Source: the human T2T-CHM13v2.0 reference genome, Homo sapiens. Taken from it: 64,000 nt of DNA. Below the pieces are notes generated by a model. It was not told the origin of the DNA. It made no database searches and was given only the letters and a program-made list of their open reading frames with translations. Every line of letters starts with the position of its first letter. Within the stretch, counting starts at the first letter, position 1. The DNA is taken from assembly GCF_009914755.1 (NCBI RefSeq), contig NC_060928.1; one strand, given 5' to 3'. The translations under genes were made by a program, and so were the position numbers. Positions 1 through 17,642 of this stretch are shown here, piece by piece.

Positions 1-1271
1 TGAGGAAATTGGATATACATATGCAAAAGAATGAAATTGGCCGTTTTCTTACACCATACACAAAAATCAACCCAAAATGAATTACAAATGAAAATGTAAG
101 ACCAAAAGCTATAAAATTCCTAGAAGAAAACATGGAGGGAAGCTCCTCGACATTGATCTTGGCAATGATTTCATGGATATGACATGAAAAGCACAGGCAA
201 CAAAAGCAAAAATAAACAATTTGGACTATATCAAACTAAAAAGCATCTGCATAGCAAAGGAAACAGTCAACAAGATGAAAAGGCAACCTGTGGATTGGTA
301 GAAAATATTTGCAAATCATATAGCTGATAAAGGCCTAATATCCAAAATATATAAGGCACTTACATAACTCAATAGCAAAAACAAACAAATCCAAAACACC
401 AAATGACCTGATTAAAAAATGGGCAAAGGCCTTGAGTAGACATTTTTCCAAAGAAGACACATAAATAGTCAACAAGTATATGAAAAGGTATTCAACATCA
501 CTAGTTATCAGGGAAATGCATATCAAAACTGCAATGAGGTAGGATGGCTATTATTAAAAATACAAGAGATAACAAGTGTTGGTGAAGACACGGAGAAAAG
601 GAAATGCTTATATATAGTTGGTGGGAATGCAAAATTGGTATACCCATTATGGAAAATAGTATGGAAGTGCCTCAAAAAATTAAAAATACAACTATCATAT
701 GATCCAGAAATCCCTCTTCTGGATATATACCTAAAGGGGTTGAGTCAGTACCTTAAAAATATATCTGTGCTCCCATGTTCACTGCAGCATTATTCACAAA
801 AACCAAGATGTGGAAACAACCAAAGAGTGTCCATTGACAGATAAATGAATAAGGAAATTGTGATATATGTATATATATACACAATAGAATGTTATTCAGC
901 CTTAAGAAAGAAGGAGCTCCTGTCATTTGCAACATGGACATTATGCTAAGTGAAATATGACATACACACAAAAAAATACTGCATGATCTCATTTATATAT
1001 GGAATCTAAAAAAATGAATACATAGAAACAAAGAGTTGAATGGTGTTTACCAGGGGTGGAGGGGGAATGGAACATGAAAGAGGATGCTGGTAAAAGGGTA
1101 CAAAGTTGTAGTTATGTAGGATGAATAACCTAAAGATCTAACATACTGGATGATGACTATAGTTGACAACACTGTATTGTATACTGAAAATTTCCTAAGA
1201 GTTGATTTCAGGTGTTATCACCACACCAATACTCAATGTGAGAAGTATGATATGTTAATTTGCTTGGCTAT

Positions 1272-2013
<742 letters not shown>

Positions 2014-2162
2014 TTATTTTGTATACCTTAAATATATACAATAAAAATAAGCCAAAATATAGTGAAAAGTTTATGCATAAAAAGGTTTATTCCATCATTA
2101 CTTATAAAAATTAAAAACAACCTGAATTCAAGAAAAAGATTGATAAGGAAATAGTAGTTTGA

Positions 2163-2544
<382 letters not shown>

Positions 2545-2578
2545 TAAAATAGTTTTTATTGTAGAAAAATTTTGAACA

Positions 2579-2862
2579 GGCCGGGCGTGGTGGCTCACAC
2601 TTGTAATCCCAGCACTTAGGCCGAGGCAGGTGGATCACTTGAGGTCAGGAGTTCGAGACCAGCTTGGCCAACATGGTGAAACTCCATCTCTACTAAAAAT
2701 ACAAAAATTAGCTGGGAGTGGTGACACTTGGCTGTAATCCCAGCTGCTCCAGAGGCTGAGGCAGGAGAATTGCTTGAACCCGGGAGGTGGAGATTGAAAG
2801 ATCGTGCCATAGCACTCCAGCCTGGGCAATAGAGTGGGACTTTAGAGAAAAGAAAAGAAAAA
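2579..2862 (+). mobile_element. Alu (AluS)
   Basis: Dimer with small deletions and A-rich tail. Confidence 0.95.
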
Positions 2863-2879
2863 TTTGAATGATACGAAAG

Positions 2880-3125
2880 TAGAGAAATTAGCATGATGAA
2901 CCCTCATGTACCCATCAGCCTGCTTACCATTTGTCAACACAGAGTAAATTCATTTCATCTCCCCCATTCACTCTTCCACCCAGATTATTTTGAAGCCAAT
3001 CCCAGATACTGTATCATTTTATATGAAAATGTTTCAGCATGTATCACTAAGAGATAAGAATTACTTTTTTTAAAAAAAGGTGATATCATTTGCCACCTAA
3101 AAAATTAATAACTTACCCATCAGAA
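2880..3125 (-). mobile_element. Old L1 (L1MC5-like) 3' fragment
   Basis: gaaccctcatgtacccatca...gaagccaatcccagata...ctaagagataag resembles the L1MC 3' end. Confidence 0.6.
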
Positions 3126-3219
3126 AATAAGGCATCAAATACATATATATGTATATTATATATACATGTATACACACACAAATACACATACATGTATTCA
3201 AACAAATAATCACAATTAC

Positions 3220-6150
3220 ATTTCTCTCATCAGTTTCTTTGGTCCTATATAATTAATAATTGTTCTGCTGAGTCTTGGGTCAGCAATCTGATTTCACAAA
3301 GTTAGCAGCTTACAGACCAAAACAACGAATCCTGGACATCCTGACTTAGTTCCCTGGTACAGTCTGAAAGTTGTCTAAGGGATATCAGCTCAGAAGCTCG
3401 TATTCAGGAGTCCATTCTTTGAAGTATCAATAGTTAAGAGTACCCAGTACAGTCCTTTCTGTGAGGCTCTAAGACTTTTTTGTTGAAGATCTGATCTATG
3501 GCTTGTAACTTATAGCAGAGCCTTCAGGCAAGCATGTGAGAGAAGCAGAAAGGACCTGGAAGACGGCATGGCTGTGGTTCCTTTATTACAGTAACGAGCA
3601 ATATCAGAATGGAAGGGAACAAAGTTGTCTGACGCATGAGTGTCTTGTAAGGGTTTGATCAATGTTTCCCTTGAGGGTAAGGACATATTATGGATAAAGA
3701 CATTGCAAAATCATTAGGACCTTTCTGTAAAGTGTAGGCTGTCTGAGCTATTTATGTTAATTGCATTGTACCTATAAAACTTAACCAAGGGAAGGCGGGG
3801 CATCCCTTCTGATTAGACAACTTTTCCCAAGCTACTCTTACAATGTGTTGAGCTCTTTAAAAAAATATCAAGCCACTCAACAAACCTAATTATTTCTATC
3901 ACTCGCTTTTTCCTAAGTTGAAAGAGCACATCTTTGTGATTTCCCAGAGGTTCTCTGGGAGTTGCCAAGGTAATCAAGTGTAAAAACATCCTGAGAATTC
4001 CATTTTTTCTGAATTTAAGGTGTAATCTTAAGAAGCCCAAAGCCACAGATTTAACAAGATATTTGGTCCACAATTAAGATAGTGTCACGAGTGCCTGAGA
4101 AAAAAGAGTGTAGTTATCTATTCATTAAAGCATCAATATAATATTTTTAAATAAGCATAGAAGTAGGTAAAACAATTTTAATGAATCTCAGCTCTTTCAG
4201 ATGTGAGAAGACTTTGTTCTTTAAAACGTAATAATGGACATGATAAAATCAACACAAAGCACAGAAAATTATTCTGGTGCAGTATAAATCTCTTCTACCC
4301 GGATGGATTATTCAAAAGGTGATAATAACTGTTTATTACCCCTTGTTAAGCGCTATAAGACCAGTTTATCATTTTAATAGAGAGAAAGCCAAATTCTATT
4401 TTTGCATCAAATCAATATTTGGCAATAATGGATTCCAAGTTTCTTTTTTAAAAAATTATCTTTTGAATAAGCCCATCAAAGCTGAGGAAATGTTGCCAAA
4501 TGTTAACATATTTTATTGCTTCTTTTCAGACAAGCAAGACAAATATGGTTTACTTTTTGCAAACCTTCTACAATTTTCTACATCTATCCATTTACGTTTT
4601 GTCTTTCCCTATCTTATTTCATGTTCTAGAACAGACACTTTGCCTTTAGACCAAAACTACTCACTTTTTCCTTGAGAAATGAAAAAAATTACTTCACTTT
4701 AGAAACATTGTTGTACTTCTTTACACTACTGCTTGCCCTACTGCCACTAATGCTCCTGGTATAGTCTTAATTACCCATATTAACTATAACTGTAAATCAA
4801 TAACTAGCCTCTGTTTCACAGAGAAAAGTGGGAGATGAGTAATTGGTAATTGAGTTTTAAATACAGTAAAAGCAAAACTGAACACATTCATTAATATGAT
4901 CCAAAGGTATGCTCCCTGTAATATAGTAAAATAAGAAACAAAGACGTATATATCTTTTTAAACTATGCTTAGTAATTAATGTTTTTGTATTCTATTATAG
5001 AAATTATCTAGGCATGCAAAGGTTATCCATTAATTAACTTGATTTAATATTAGTCCAAGATTTTGAAGTTAACTTGAGGTTATTAAAAATTATGTTTGAG
5101 CTGACATACTATAGAACATGATTGATTCCTAAAACATTGCCAATATTGTAATTCAATTTGGTTACACACATAATTTTACATTTTTCATAATCCATGGTGT
5201 TAAACTATTTTATCAATAAACTAGTATATAAAGTTCAGAAGGCAAACCTAGGTCTTCTAAAAAATGAAATGTACAAATATATTTAACGCACCCAAATCAA
5301 AGAAAAATACATTAATTTTTTTCTAAATCAAAATTATAAACTAGTCTGATTTAGCTAAAGATTTATTACATGCTATCTTATGTGTCATCCATGTGTTATA
5401 CATATGTATATATACATACATGTATATGTATCCATATATTATGTATATATGGATACATAAATAACATGTATCCATATATACATGTGGTATATATAATATA
5501 TGATATTACATATATAATTACATATTTACATTATCATATAAAATGTTTCTAAGTTGGCATTTTCTGAAAGAATTTTTATTAAAAAGCTAGAGTATTAAAA
5601 TTTTAGTTTATTTTTTAGGAATTCTGGAAATATTGGATTAATGTAAGCACTTATTACTCCCTATAAGTCTATTAGAGCAGAGTTCTTTTAATTTAATAGA
5701 CCTTGTAATCTAATTTATTAACACCCTCCAGAGGTAAGAAAGCATTTCACACATACAATGAGAGATAAAAGCTTTTCTCAATTACAGAGTTGGGTGGCTT
5801 CAGCTCTATAACCTCAGCTACAGTTCAGGAGTAAACAAATAAACAAAACTCACCATTCCAGTTTTCAAAGGACTGTTTTTCTTTCTAGTAGGCACAAAAT
5901 ATTTTCTCAATTAATTTGAGTTCACAAGTAGATAAACAGACAAAAAAGACTGACAACGCAGATTAGCTATTATCTCTTCCTTGATAGAAAATAGGTCCCA
6001 TTGTCCACCTCCCAGAGGTCACCAAATGATCTAATCATAAAACCAAATTATCCTTAATAATCAGCTATGTGCATATCAGAATTATGTACACACAAGGCCA
6101 TCTCTTAACCATGGAATCAAGACTGGCCTAGGAGTCTTGGGTCTAGCTCT
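3220..6150 (-). mobile_element. Degenerate ERV1 (MER4-group) internal sequence without a recognisable LTR
   Basis: Collinear similarity to the internal part of the MER31-type provirus at 52.3-55.4 kb (aacacaaagcacagaaaattattctg 4251-4276 vs aacacaaagcatagaaaattactctg 53589-53614). Confidence 0.65.
5385..5540. repeat. Degenerate (TA/CATA)n low-complexity tract
   Basis: catatgtatatatacatacatgtatatgta... Confidence 0.8.
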
Positions 6151-6211
6151 AGAAGGGGACATGACCATGGCCACAAATTGCACAAGGGTACTCTTTAGAT
6201 TATGCAGTTGA

Positions 6212-6615
<404 letters not shown>

Positions 6616-6630
6616 TCCAAAGTCTTAATG

Positions 6631-6858
6631 CAAGCTTATCCAACCCGCAGCCCACAGGCCACATTTAGCCCAGGATGGCTTTGAATGTGGCCCAACACAA
6701 ATTCATAAACTTTCTTAAAACATGAGATTTTTTTGTGATTTTTTCTTTTTTTTCTTTTTTTGTAGCTCATCAGCTGTCATTGTATTAGTGTATTTTATGG
6801 GTGCCCAAGACATTTCTTCCAATGTGACCCAGGGAAGTCAAAAGATTGAACACTCCTG
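6631..6858. mobile_element. MER30 (hAT-Charlie MITE)
   Basis: caagcttatccaacccgcagccc...gccc aggatggctttgaatgtggcccaacacaaattc...agattgaacactcctg. Confidence 0.85.
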
Positions 6859-6860
6859 TA

Positions 6861-6975
6861 TGTATAGCATTTGCCTGTTTCTGTGGTGTAAATTCCCCCA
6901 TAATGGCTATTTTCAAGCTACTGCAGAATTGGGAAGAGATGCATGTATTTGGTCCTCACCAGCCAGTATTATCTG
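6861..6975 (-). mobile_element. MER63-like hAT fragment
   Basis: gtggtgtaaattcccc...ttcaagctac...ttgggaagagatgca. Confidence 0.6.
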
Positions 6976-7261
6976 ACTTAGGACACAAATGTGCTTGACC
7001 ATAAAAAGTGAGTCAAAACACACACGGACTAGCAGACTTGGCCAAGAAACAGAAATAGAAATAAAACCACAAAATATGATAAAAGAAGGAAAACCTGAAA
7101 AAATGCAGAGTTAGCTATTTGGGATTCACTCTAGAAGACAAGTAAAGATGTGCCTGGGTTTAATTAGACCCTGAGGTCCACTTTTCAGGGTGTGCAGTTT
7201 AGTGGCAATAGCAGGTGAGTCCACTTGAGTATCTCAATGGGTCCTCCTAAATGGTACCAGT

Positions 7262-7450
7262 ACTCAGTACTTCACATGACAGCTTGTTATATTTGTGAAC
7301 AATTTTCCTAGTTAGAAAGCTTTTCTTCACACTCAGCCAAAAATCTATTTTCTTATAACTTCTAACCAGAGGGCTTAGTCATGCTCTTAGGAAATGCACA
7401 AAATAAGTCTAATCCTTCTTTTATTCAATAAACTTTCAATATTCAGTACA
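7262..7450 (-). mobile_element. L3/CR1 fragment
   Basis: gttagaaagcttttcttc and caaaataagtctaatccttctt resemble the CR1 3' region. Confidence 0.55.
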
Positions 7451-7459
7451 ATTATCTTA

Positions 7460-7550
7460 AGATTTTAGAGCTAGTTCAACTCATTCATTTTACAGATTAA
7501 AAAACTGAGACCCAGAGAAGTTAATGACTTTCCTCAGTTCATACAGCCTT
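7460..7550 (-). mobile_element. MIR fragment
   Basis: MIR core cattttacagattaaaaaactgagacccagagaagttaatgactt. Confidence 0.75.
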
Positions 7551-7602
7551 GTGATTTGTCACATTTAATGAAATCAGAGATAACACTTTAAAACTGCCAT
7601 AA

Positions 7603-8015
<413 letters not shown>

Positions 8016-8689
8016 TAGTTGCCCTCTTCTTGTAGGTCTCTGTTTGGATAACATAATGTTAAAAGTGAAATGCTCAGAACCTAATCAAATGCAACAGATG
8101 TCAACTGATTAGTGAAAGGTACAATGTGTGTTCCAAATTCTGAATTAACATGTGTTCTGAATGAATGTTCTGAATTCTTAATTTTATTAGCCATTTGGAT
8201 GACCATCTCGCTTTTTAAACTCACGTCTTTGTCAAATACAATTTTCAAGTTAAAAGCATGACTTTCATAGTAATACAGAATGAACACAAGTCAAAACTTT
8301 ATTCAACTCATTAATTAATAAAATAATTAGACAATAAAGCTGGTTTTTAAAAATGTTTGAGGAGCTGGGACTCATATAGTCCATCAAAAAAGGCACATTG
8401 CAAAAAGATTTTTTTAAGTTAGAGAAAAAACTGAATAGTCTATAGGGCATAAAGTATACTTTGAGGTTATCTCTTCCACCAGAGAGAAATGTTTTGCATT
8501 TCTCTATCAGGTGAAAACCTGCAAGTTAACATGTGCCTTCACAATGTCTGGACTTTAATCAATAGTTAATAACAAAGTAAAACAAAGCACACTCTTCTAC
8601 AAATTTTTTTTAAAAATCTCGAAGCAGGCCTGCTACACAATGCTTTCAATGAAATTGAAAGCATACAACTCTCTTTTGCTTTATCTTAA

Positions 8690-9079
<390 letters not shown>

Positions 9080-9224
9080 TAACATATATTTTAAATATTT
9101 CAAATCACATCTCTAAGTCAAGAATGTAAATTTGGATGGCATACAGATCCAGGCAACATCAGCTGTCATCCTAAACAGTATTTACAGAATCAATATATTT
9201 TTTATTACCTTTGAAATTTGTACC

Positions 9225-9566
<342 letters not shown>

Positions 9567-10147
9567 TAGGTTCAGTGATTCATTTGCAGGTTCGTTATAT
9601 AGGTAAACTCCTGTCATGGGTGTTTGTTTAACAGATCATTTGGTCACCCAGGTACTAAGCCTAGTACTCAATAGGTATTTTTTCTGATCCTCTCCTTCCT
9701 CCCCCCCTTCACTCTCAATTAGGCCCCAGTGTCTGTTGTTCCCCTCTTTGTGTCCATGTGTTCTCATCATTTAGCTCCCACTTATAAGTGGCAACATGCG
9801 GTATTTGGTTTTCTTGTTCCTGCATTAGTTTGCTAAGGATGATGACCTCCAGCTCCATCCATGTTCCTGCAAAGGACATGGTCTCCTTCTTTTTTATGGC
9901 TGCATAGTGTTCCATGGTCTATATGTACCACACTTTCTTTATCCAGTCTGCCATCGATGGGCATTTAGGTTGCTTCCATATCTTTGCTATTGTGAATAGT
10001 GCTGGAATATACATACGTGTACATGTGTTTACGGTAGAATGATTTATATTCCTTTGGGTATATACCCAGTAATGGGATTGCTGGGTCAAATGGTTGTTCT
10101 GTTTTTAGCTCTTTATGGAATCTCCACACTGCTTTCCACAATGGTTG

Positions 10148-10601
10148 TAAGGGAGGAGATCACCCCTCATGTTGTCTTACGGTCAATTTTTTCCTTCAAA
10201 GAAAGAAGGAGTAAAAACTAAAAGGCAGAAATGAAATCCAGAGGCAGACAGTCCGGCGCTGCACCCTGGGCCTGGTTAAAGATCGACCCCTGACCTAACC
10301 AGTTATGTTATCTATAGATTCCAGACGTTGTATGGAAAAGCACTGTGAAAATCCCTGTCCTGTTCCGTTCTGATTACCAGTGCATGCAGCCCCTAGTCAC
10401 ATACCCGCTGTTTGTTCAATCCATCACGACCCTTCACACGTACCCCCTTACAGTTGTAAGTCCTTAAAAGGGACAGGAGTTGCTCACCCGGGGAGCTCGG
10501 TTTTTGGAGACATGAGTCTTGCCGAAGCTCCCGGCCGAATAAAGCCCTTCCTTCTTTAACTCGGTGTCTGAGGGGTTTTGTCTGCGGCTTGTCCTGCTAC
10601 A
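10148..10601 (+). mobile_element. LTR2 (HERV-E/Harlequin) solo LTR
   Basis: taagggaggagatcacccctcat...tcctgctaca; perfect 4-bp TSD gttg; AATAAA at 10538-10543. Confidence 0.88.
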
Positions 10602-10793
10602 GTTGAACTAACATACACTCCCACCAACAGTGTATAAATGTTCCTTTTACTCCGTAACCTCACCTGCATCTGTTATTTTTTGACTTTTTAATAATAGCCA
10701 TTCTGACTGGTGTGAGATGATATCTCATTGTGGTTTTGACTTGTAGTTTTCTAATGATCATTCTCTGATGCTCTCTAATGATTTATCTATTGA

Positions 10794-11466
<673 letters not shown>

Positions 11467-11658
11467 CTTTGCCTACTTTTTAATGAGGTTGTTTTAACAT
11501 CTTGTTAATTATAAAACCATTGTTTGGCTAGTCTTCTATAAACTGTTAAAATCTCAGAAAACTGAACTTTACATTTATTTATATGAATTATTTCTATATA
11601 TTATTCCAGTTTATCTTCCTTCACAGTATAGAATTCTTTTCTGTAATATCCATAAGTA

Positions 11659-11952
<294 letters not shown>

Positions 11953-11959
11953 TCCATAA

Positions 11960-12095
11960 GTAACATTCCATGTTGAAGAACGCTCTGCTTCGCAAGGAGC
12001 TCAATTTATTATTGGAAGCTCTAGTTCTTAATGAGGTCTTGCTTATACTGGCAGAAATATATACAGCTGCCCTGTAACTTTTACCCACTGGAGAT
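11960..12095 (-). mobile_element. L3/CR1 3' fragment
   Basis: ttggaagctctagttcttaatgaggtcttgcttatac...ccctgtaacttttacccactgg resembles the CR1 3' region. Confidence 0.55.
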
Positions 12096-12584
12096 CTACA
12101 TTAAGGAATAGACAAACCAGGCAGCAGTGTGAGCATTTATCAAAAAGGGGTGCTGAAAAATCACTAAAATCAATTGTTAAATGGTGCTAGTTAATACGTC
12201 TCCACACATCACACCTCACATAACAGAGAACCATGCGAATTTGTCTTGCTGCATGGAAATAGCGTTTTTAAGGGAAAATGTAAAAACATATATTCCTCAT
12301 CTACACTAAGCTATCTTTGTTGAGTATTTTTGAGAGGCAGATGTGTAAGTAGCACAAAGCAACAAAGAGCTAGTCCCCCAATTTCAACACCAGCCCACAG
12401 GAGTCTGAAGATGTGGTCATCCGATGTTCCAAAGCCCAATTATGCAGTGCTGTTTACTAGGAATGGGTAGTTTATTTTATTATCTAAACTGTAAACCCTT
12501 TATTAGGCAATACCTTTTCCATTTAGACAATTGTAAAATAATCTAAGATGAAAATATAGTAAGCATTAGATAAAAGAAAGAAGT

Positions 12585-13198
<614 letters not shown>

Positions 13199-13324
13199 GT
13201 GTGTGACTCTATAAAAGTTAGATGAAGGAACTTTTAAATATATCTAGACAGGATTTTTAATAATATCCATGTAAGTTACCTCTACTCTTACCTAGTAAGT
13301 GTTGCGTGATATAAAAACTGGAAT

Positions 13325-13624
13325 TTTTTTTTTTTTTTTTTTTTTTTTGAGATGGAGTCTCTGTCGGCTGGGCTGGAGTGCAGTGGCACAGTCTCGGCTC
13401 ATGCAACCTCTGCCTCCCGGGTTCAAGCGATTCTCCTGCCTCAGCCTCCCGAGTAGCTGGGATTACAGGCGCCCGCCACTAGGCCTGGCTAATTTTTTGT
13501 ATTTTTAGCAGAGACAAGTTTTCACCATGTTGGCCAGGCTGGTCTCGAACTCCTGACCTCGTGATTTGCCAGCCTTGGCCTCCCAAAGTGCTGAGATTAC
13601 ACCCGTGAGCCACCACGCCAGGCC
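13325..13624 (-). mobile_element. Alu (AluS)
   Basis: Full dimer. Confidence 0.95.
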
Positions 13625-13654
13625 TAAAATTTTAACTTTTAAAAAATTTTTCGT

Positions 13655-13957
<303 letters not shown>

Positions 13958-14140
13958 TTAATGTTATGTTTTCACATGTAATAGATTCTTTATTTTGAGC
14001 ATAAAAAGCTGCATACATTTTATTAGCAGAAAAAAAATTCTTCTGACTCTCGCTAGAGACATGTTTAACAAATATTGAAGAGATACAGGCTTGCATGGCT
14101 GCCAAATTATGAGCCCACATGCCTTACTCTGGCTCTGCTG

Positions 14141-14450
14141 ATTGGTTTCAGTTCTAACATCTGGAGCCATGCAAAATAAGTTTAATCCAGTTTCCATATG
14201 ACTGACCTTCAAATACTTGAAAACAGCCACCCCATCCTCCCGGAGCCTTTCTTCTCTTCTCCAGATTAAATAAGCACACCCCTTGTTGGGAATCGCTTCG
14301 AGATTTGTCATTTTCATGATTACCTTCCTGCGGAGGCGTTCTGGTTTGCCAATGTGTCCAAGTGTGACTCTCAGTATCGAACACAACATAACAAATGTCT
14401 GATGCCACATTTATAACAGGCAGTCATCTTGCTCAACCTGTTTTGCCAAC
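14141..14450 (-). mobile_element. L3/CR1 ORF2 C-terminal fossil
   Basis: ORF 13964-14410 translates to PERLRRKVIMKMTNLE...RLREDGVAVFKYLK...LFCMAPDVRT and an alternative frame gives LFNLEKRR, matching the CR1 motif [35 protein letters not shown]. Confidence 0.85.
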
Positions 14451-14739
14451 TCTGTGGTAAAATAACAAGGGAATTTAAGGGAAAATAACATCCCACATCC
14501 CTTTAATGGAATGGCTTAGTGTCTTACATTTCCTGGAACAATTTAAAGTTTTTGCCAGCCTCAGGGGTACCCAGTCAGAGTCCGGTCAAGAGACAGAAAC
14601 CACAACAGTTATTTGAAGACAGTGGATTTAATATAAAGAATTGTTAGCAAGGTATTAAGTTGTTTACTAGGTAATTGAGAGGGTAAAGAGGAATATGAAA
14701 GCATCACAGAGTAGTGACTATAGGAAGTTGCTAGCACCT

Positions 14740-15415
14740 TGTAGCAACCCTGCATAGCTTACCCTGTGTAGACATGAAGACAGATTAAACCTATGAGGAT
14801 TCCATTAGGGGAAATACCTGTGTGGAAGGAAACGGAGGGAGGCTGGGAGAGCTGCCACAGACTGAGATGCAAGTATAACCTAGGGAAGGAAAAAGGGGCT
14901 ATAAAATCTAAGAAAGTTTCAGTAAAGCCATAGGAAATTCATTGGGCCAAAGTTGTTGGTCAGAGGAGTGCCAGGTCTCCCAGGAATCTGCCTCAGTACC
15001 CCGGTGTTCTCAGTTAGTGGGAGCAGGCCCTGGGAAGTGTGGCCTCAGAGCGAGGTCTGCAGTGGAGGGGTTTCAAAGAGCAGTAGTTGGGGCCCTTGGT
15101 CAATTACACTTAGGGTTACCTAAGTGTAATTAGGTAACCAGATAGAATGTAGGACACTATTACACTATCTGGTAATTAGGATTACCAGATAGAATGTAGG
15201 ACACTCAGTTAAATTTAAGTTTCAGATAAACAACGAAGAAATTTGTAGTATAAGTTTGTCCCAAATATTGCATAGTATATACATACAATAAAAAATTATT
15301 TGTTGTTCAAATTTAACTGTAATTTAATTCATTATTTTTATCTGCTAAATCCAGCAACCCTAATTATACTCCTTATAGTTGAAGTTCTATGAGGGACATT
15401 CACTTGGCTACCATA
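14740..15415 (-). mobile_element. LTR16-family ERVL LTR nested in LTR41
   Basis: tcagaggagtgccaggtctcccaggaa...gggaagtgtggcctcag...ggctaccata; TSD cacct/cactt. Confidence 0.65.
15111..15362. mobile_element. MER53 hAT MITE nested in LTR16, with rearranged left end
   Basis: TIRs tagggtt.../...caacccta, palindromic body, 8-bp TSD attacact/attatact. Confidence 0.88.
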
Positions 15416-15841
15416 CACTTCTAGGGCTGGAAAGAGCCAGGCAAGATATTGGAATTATTAAAACGTCAAAACTTAGAGAAAGCTGAAACTCAGGCATGTA
15501 AGGAAGAAGCCCCCACCAGCTGGGTGCTAGTGGGTGGTGAGGCAGGGGTGAAGCTGGTTCTGCAGGTGTTGGAAAATTACAAGGTGGATTCAGCTGCTGC
15601 TATGGGAAGGAACTGCTGCTTCAGGGAGGAAGAGGTGTTGCTGGAGCAAAGCTCACCGGATGCACAAGAAGACAGGAAGCCAAACAAGAAGCAACGAGAA
15701 AACAGACAGGAAGGATCAAGTCCCTTCTTCCTCCCACAGCCTAGCAGTCTCTCTGCACCCACTGTTGACACAGCCTAAAGGGAAGCCACTGGCAAAGCAG
15801 AATATCAAAGACTGGGATTTAAAGTTGAGAGTAAAAACTTA

Positions 15842-16215
<374 letters not shown>

Positions 16216-16454
16216 TTAATGAAATGCTGAAAAATGATTGGCCTTATATAATTTCAGCTTGACCTAAAACTTACGAAATTCATGGTTTGCTTGTTTGCAG
16301 AAAGATGCTATTCATCAACTCCCATCCACCATTTCAGATAGATTACATTAACAGCCAACTTCACAGGAGTTGAACTTGCCTTTGCTTTCGAAATTCTCTT
16401 GAAACAAAAAATGAGTAGAGATTTCCAAGTTCATCATTAAAATTGGCAAAAGGA

Positions 16455-16762
16455 GGCCAGGTGCAGTGGCTCACGCATATAATCCCAGCACTTTGGGAAG
16501 CCGAGGCAGTTGGATCACCTGAGGTCAGAAGATCGAGACCAGCCTGGCCAACATAGCGAAACCCCGTCTATACCAAAATAGATAAATTAGCTGAGGGCAG
16601 TGGCACATGCCTGTAATCCCAGCTATTTGTGAGGCTGAGGCAGGAGAATCGCTTCAACTCAGGAGGTGGAGGTTATGGTGACCCAAGATTGCGCCACTGC
16701 ACTCCAGCCTGGGTGACAGAAGCAAAACTCCGTCTCAAAGCAAACAAACAAACAAACAAAAA
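16455..16762 (+). mobile_element. Alu (AluSx-like)
   Basis: TSD approximately aattggcaaaagga / gattggcaaaggga. Confidence 0.95.
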
Positions 16763-17642
16763 AGATTGGCAAAGGGATAGGAAAATATAGTGGTTTTGTG
16801 CTATGTAGGAAAGAGCAGTTAATTCAAAAGACTCCAGTAAACCTTATCACCAAAAAGAAAGATACTACTAAACCCAGGCTGCCAGCAGATTCTAATCTCC
16901 TAGAAAATGGGAGACTTTATGAGGTATTACAGAATGTTAAGGAGAAGAATACCTCATACTTGTCTATGCCTTACAGCTTATAAAGCATTCTCCCAGACAT
17001 GTCCTGTTTTGAGCTCTGTACACAACTATGTATGTGGGGCAGGCATTGGGGTGGGTGTTACAGGGGAATGACAGACCTCAATCTAGTATACAATAAGTAA
17101 CTTTTGAAAATTTTTAAGTGAAAAGGTGATACACTCAGATCTGTGCCATAGAAGATACTTTTGTCAGAGGGCAAAAGATGAGGACTTACCAGAAATTCAT
17201 TTAAGGAGCAAGAGGTCCTACAGTAAGCTAGGACCTTGAGCCACAGCAATCGGCATGCTTGGAAGCTTTTTCTCCAAGACAAAAAAGTATTTCAGAAAAG
17301 ATAAAAGGTATAAAATATTTAAAGAGAATAGGGGGCTTGTACCTCTTGTACCTCACTTTCAGTTTTCTTCCTTTCTTTTTATTATTATTATTATTTGTTG
17401 GTGTTCCTATTTCATACACATCCGTGCATTCACATGCAAATAATACATATCAACCTTTCAAATGTGTACAGATGCAAGGAAAAGTAGAGATTCTGAGCAT
17501 TTTTGGTGGAATTTCTGTGATTCAAATGAATGAGAATAAAATGTAAATAGCTGGGGAAAAATAATTATCTGATTGTACATTAATTGTTATTTTCATTTAG
17601 AGGGTTTCAAGAATAGAACAGTATCCTCTGCTAATTGCTGCC

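Noticed and set aside
335-992. ORFs at the window start
   Set aside because: Sense and antisense frames of a decayed L1
4277-4675. 132-aa ORF within the ERV-internal-like region
   Set aside because: No gag/pol/env motifs; AT-rich chance ORF
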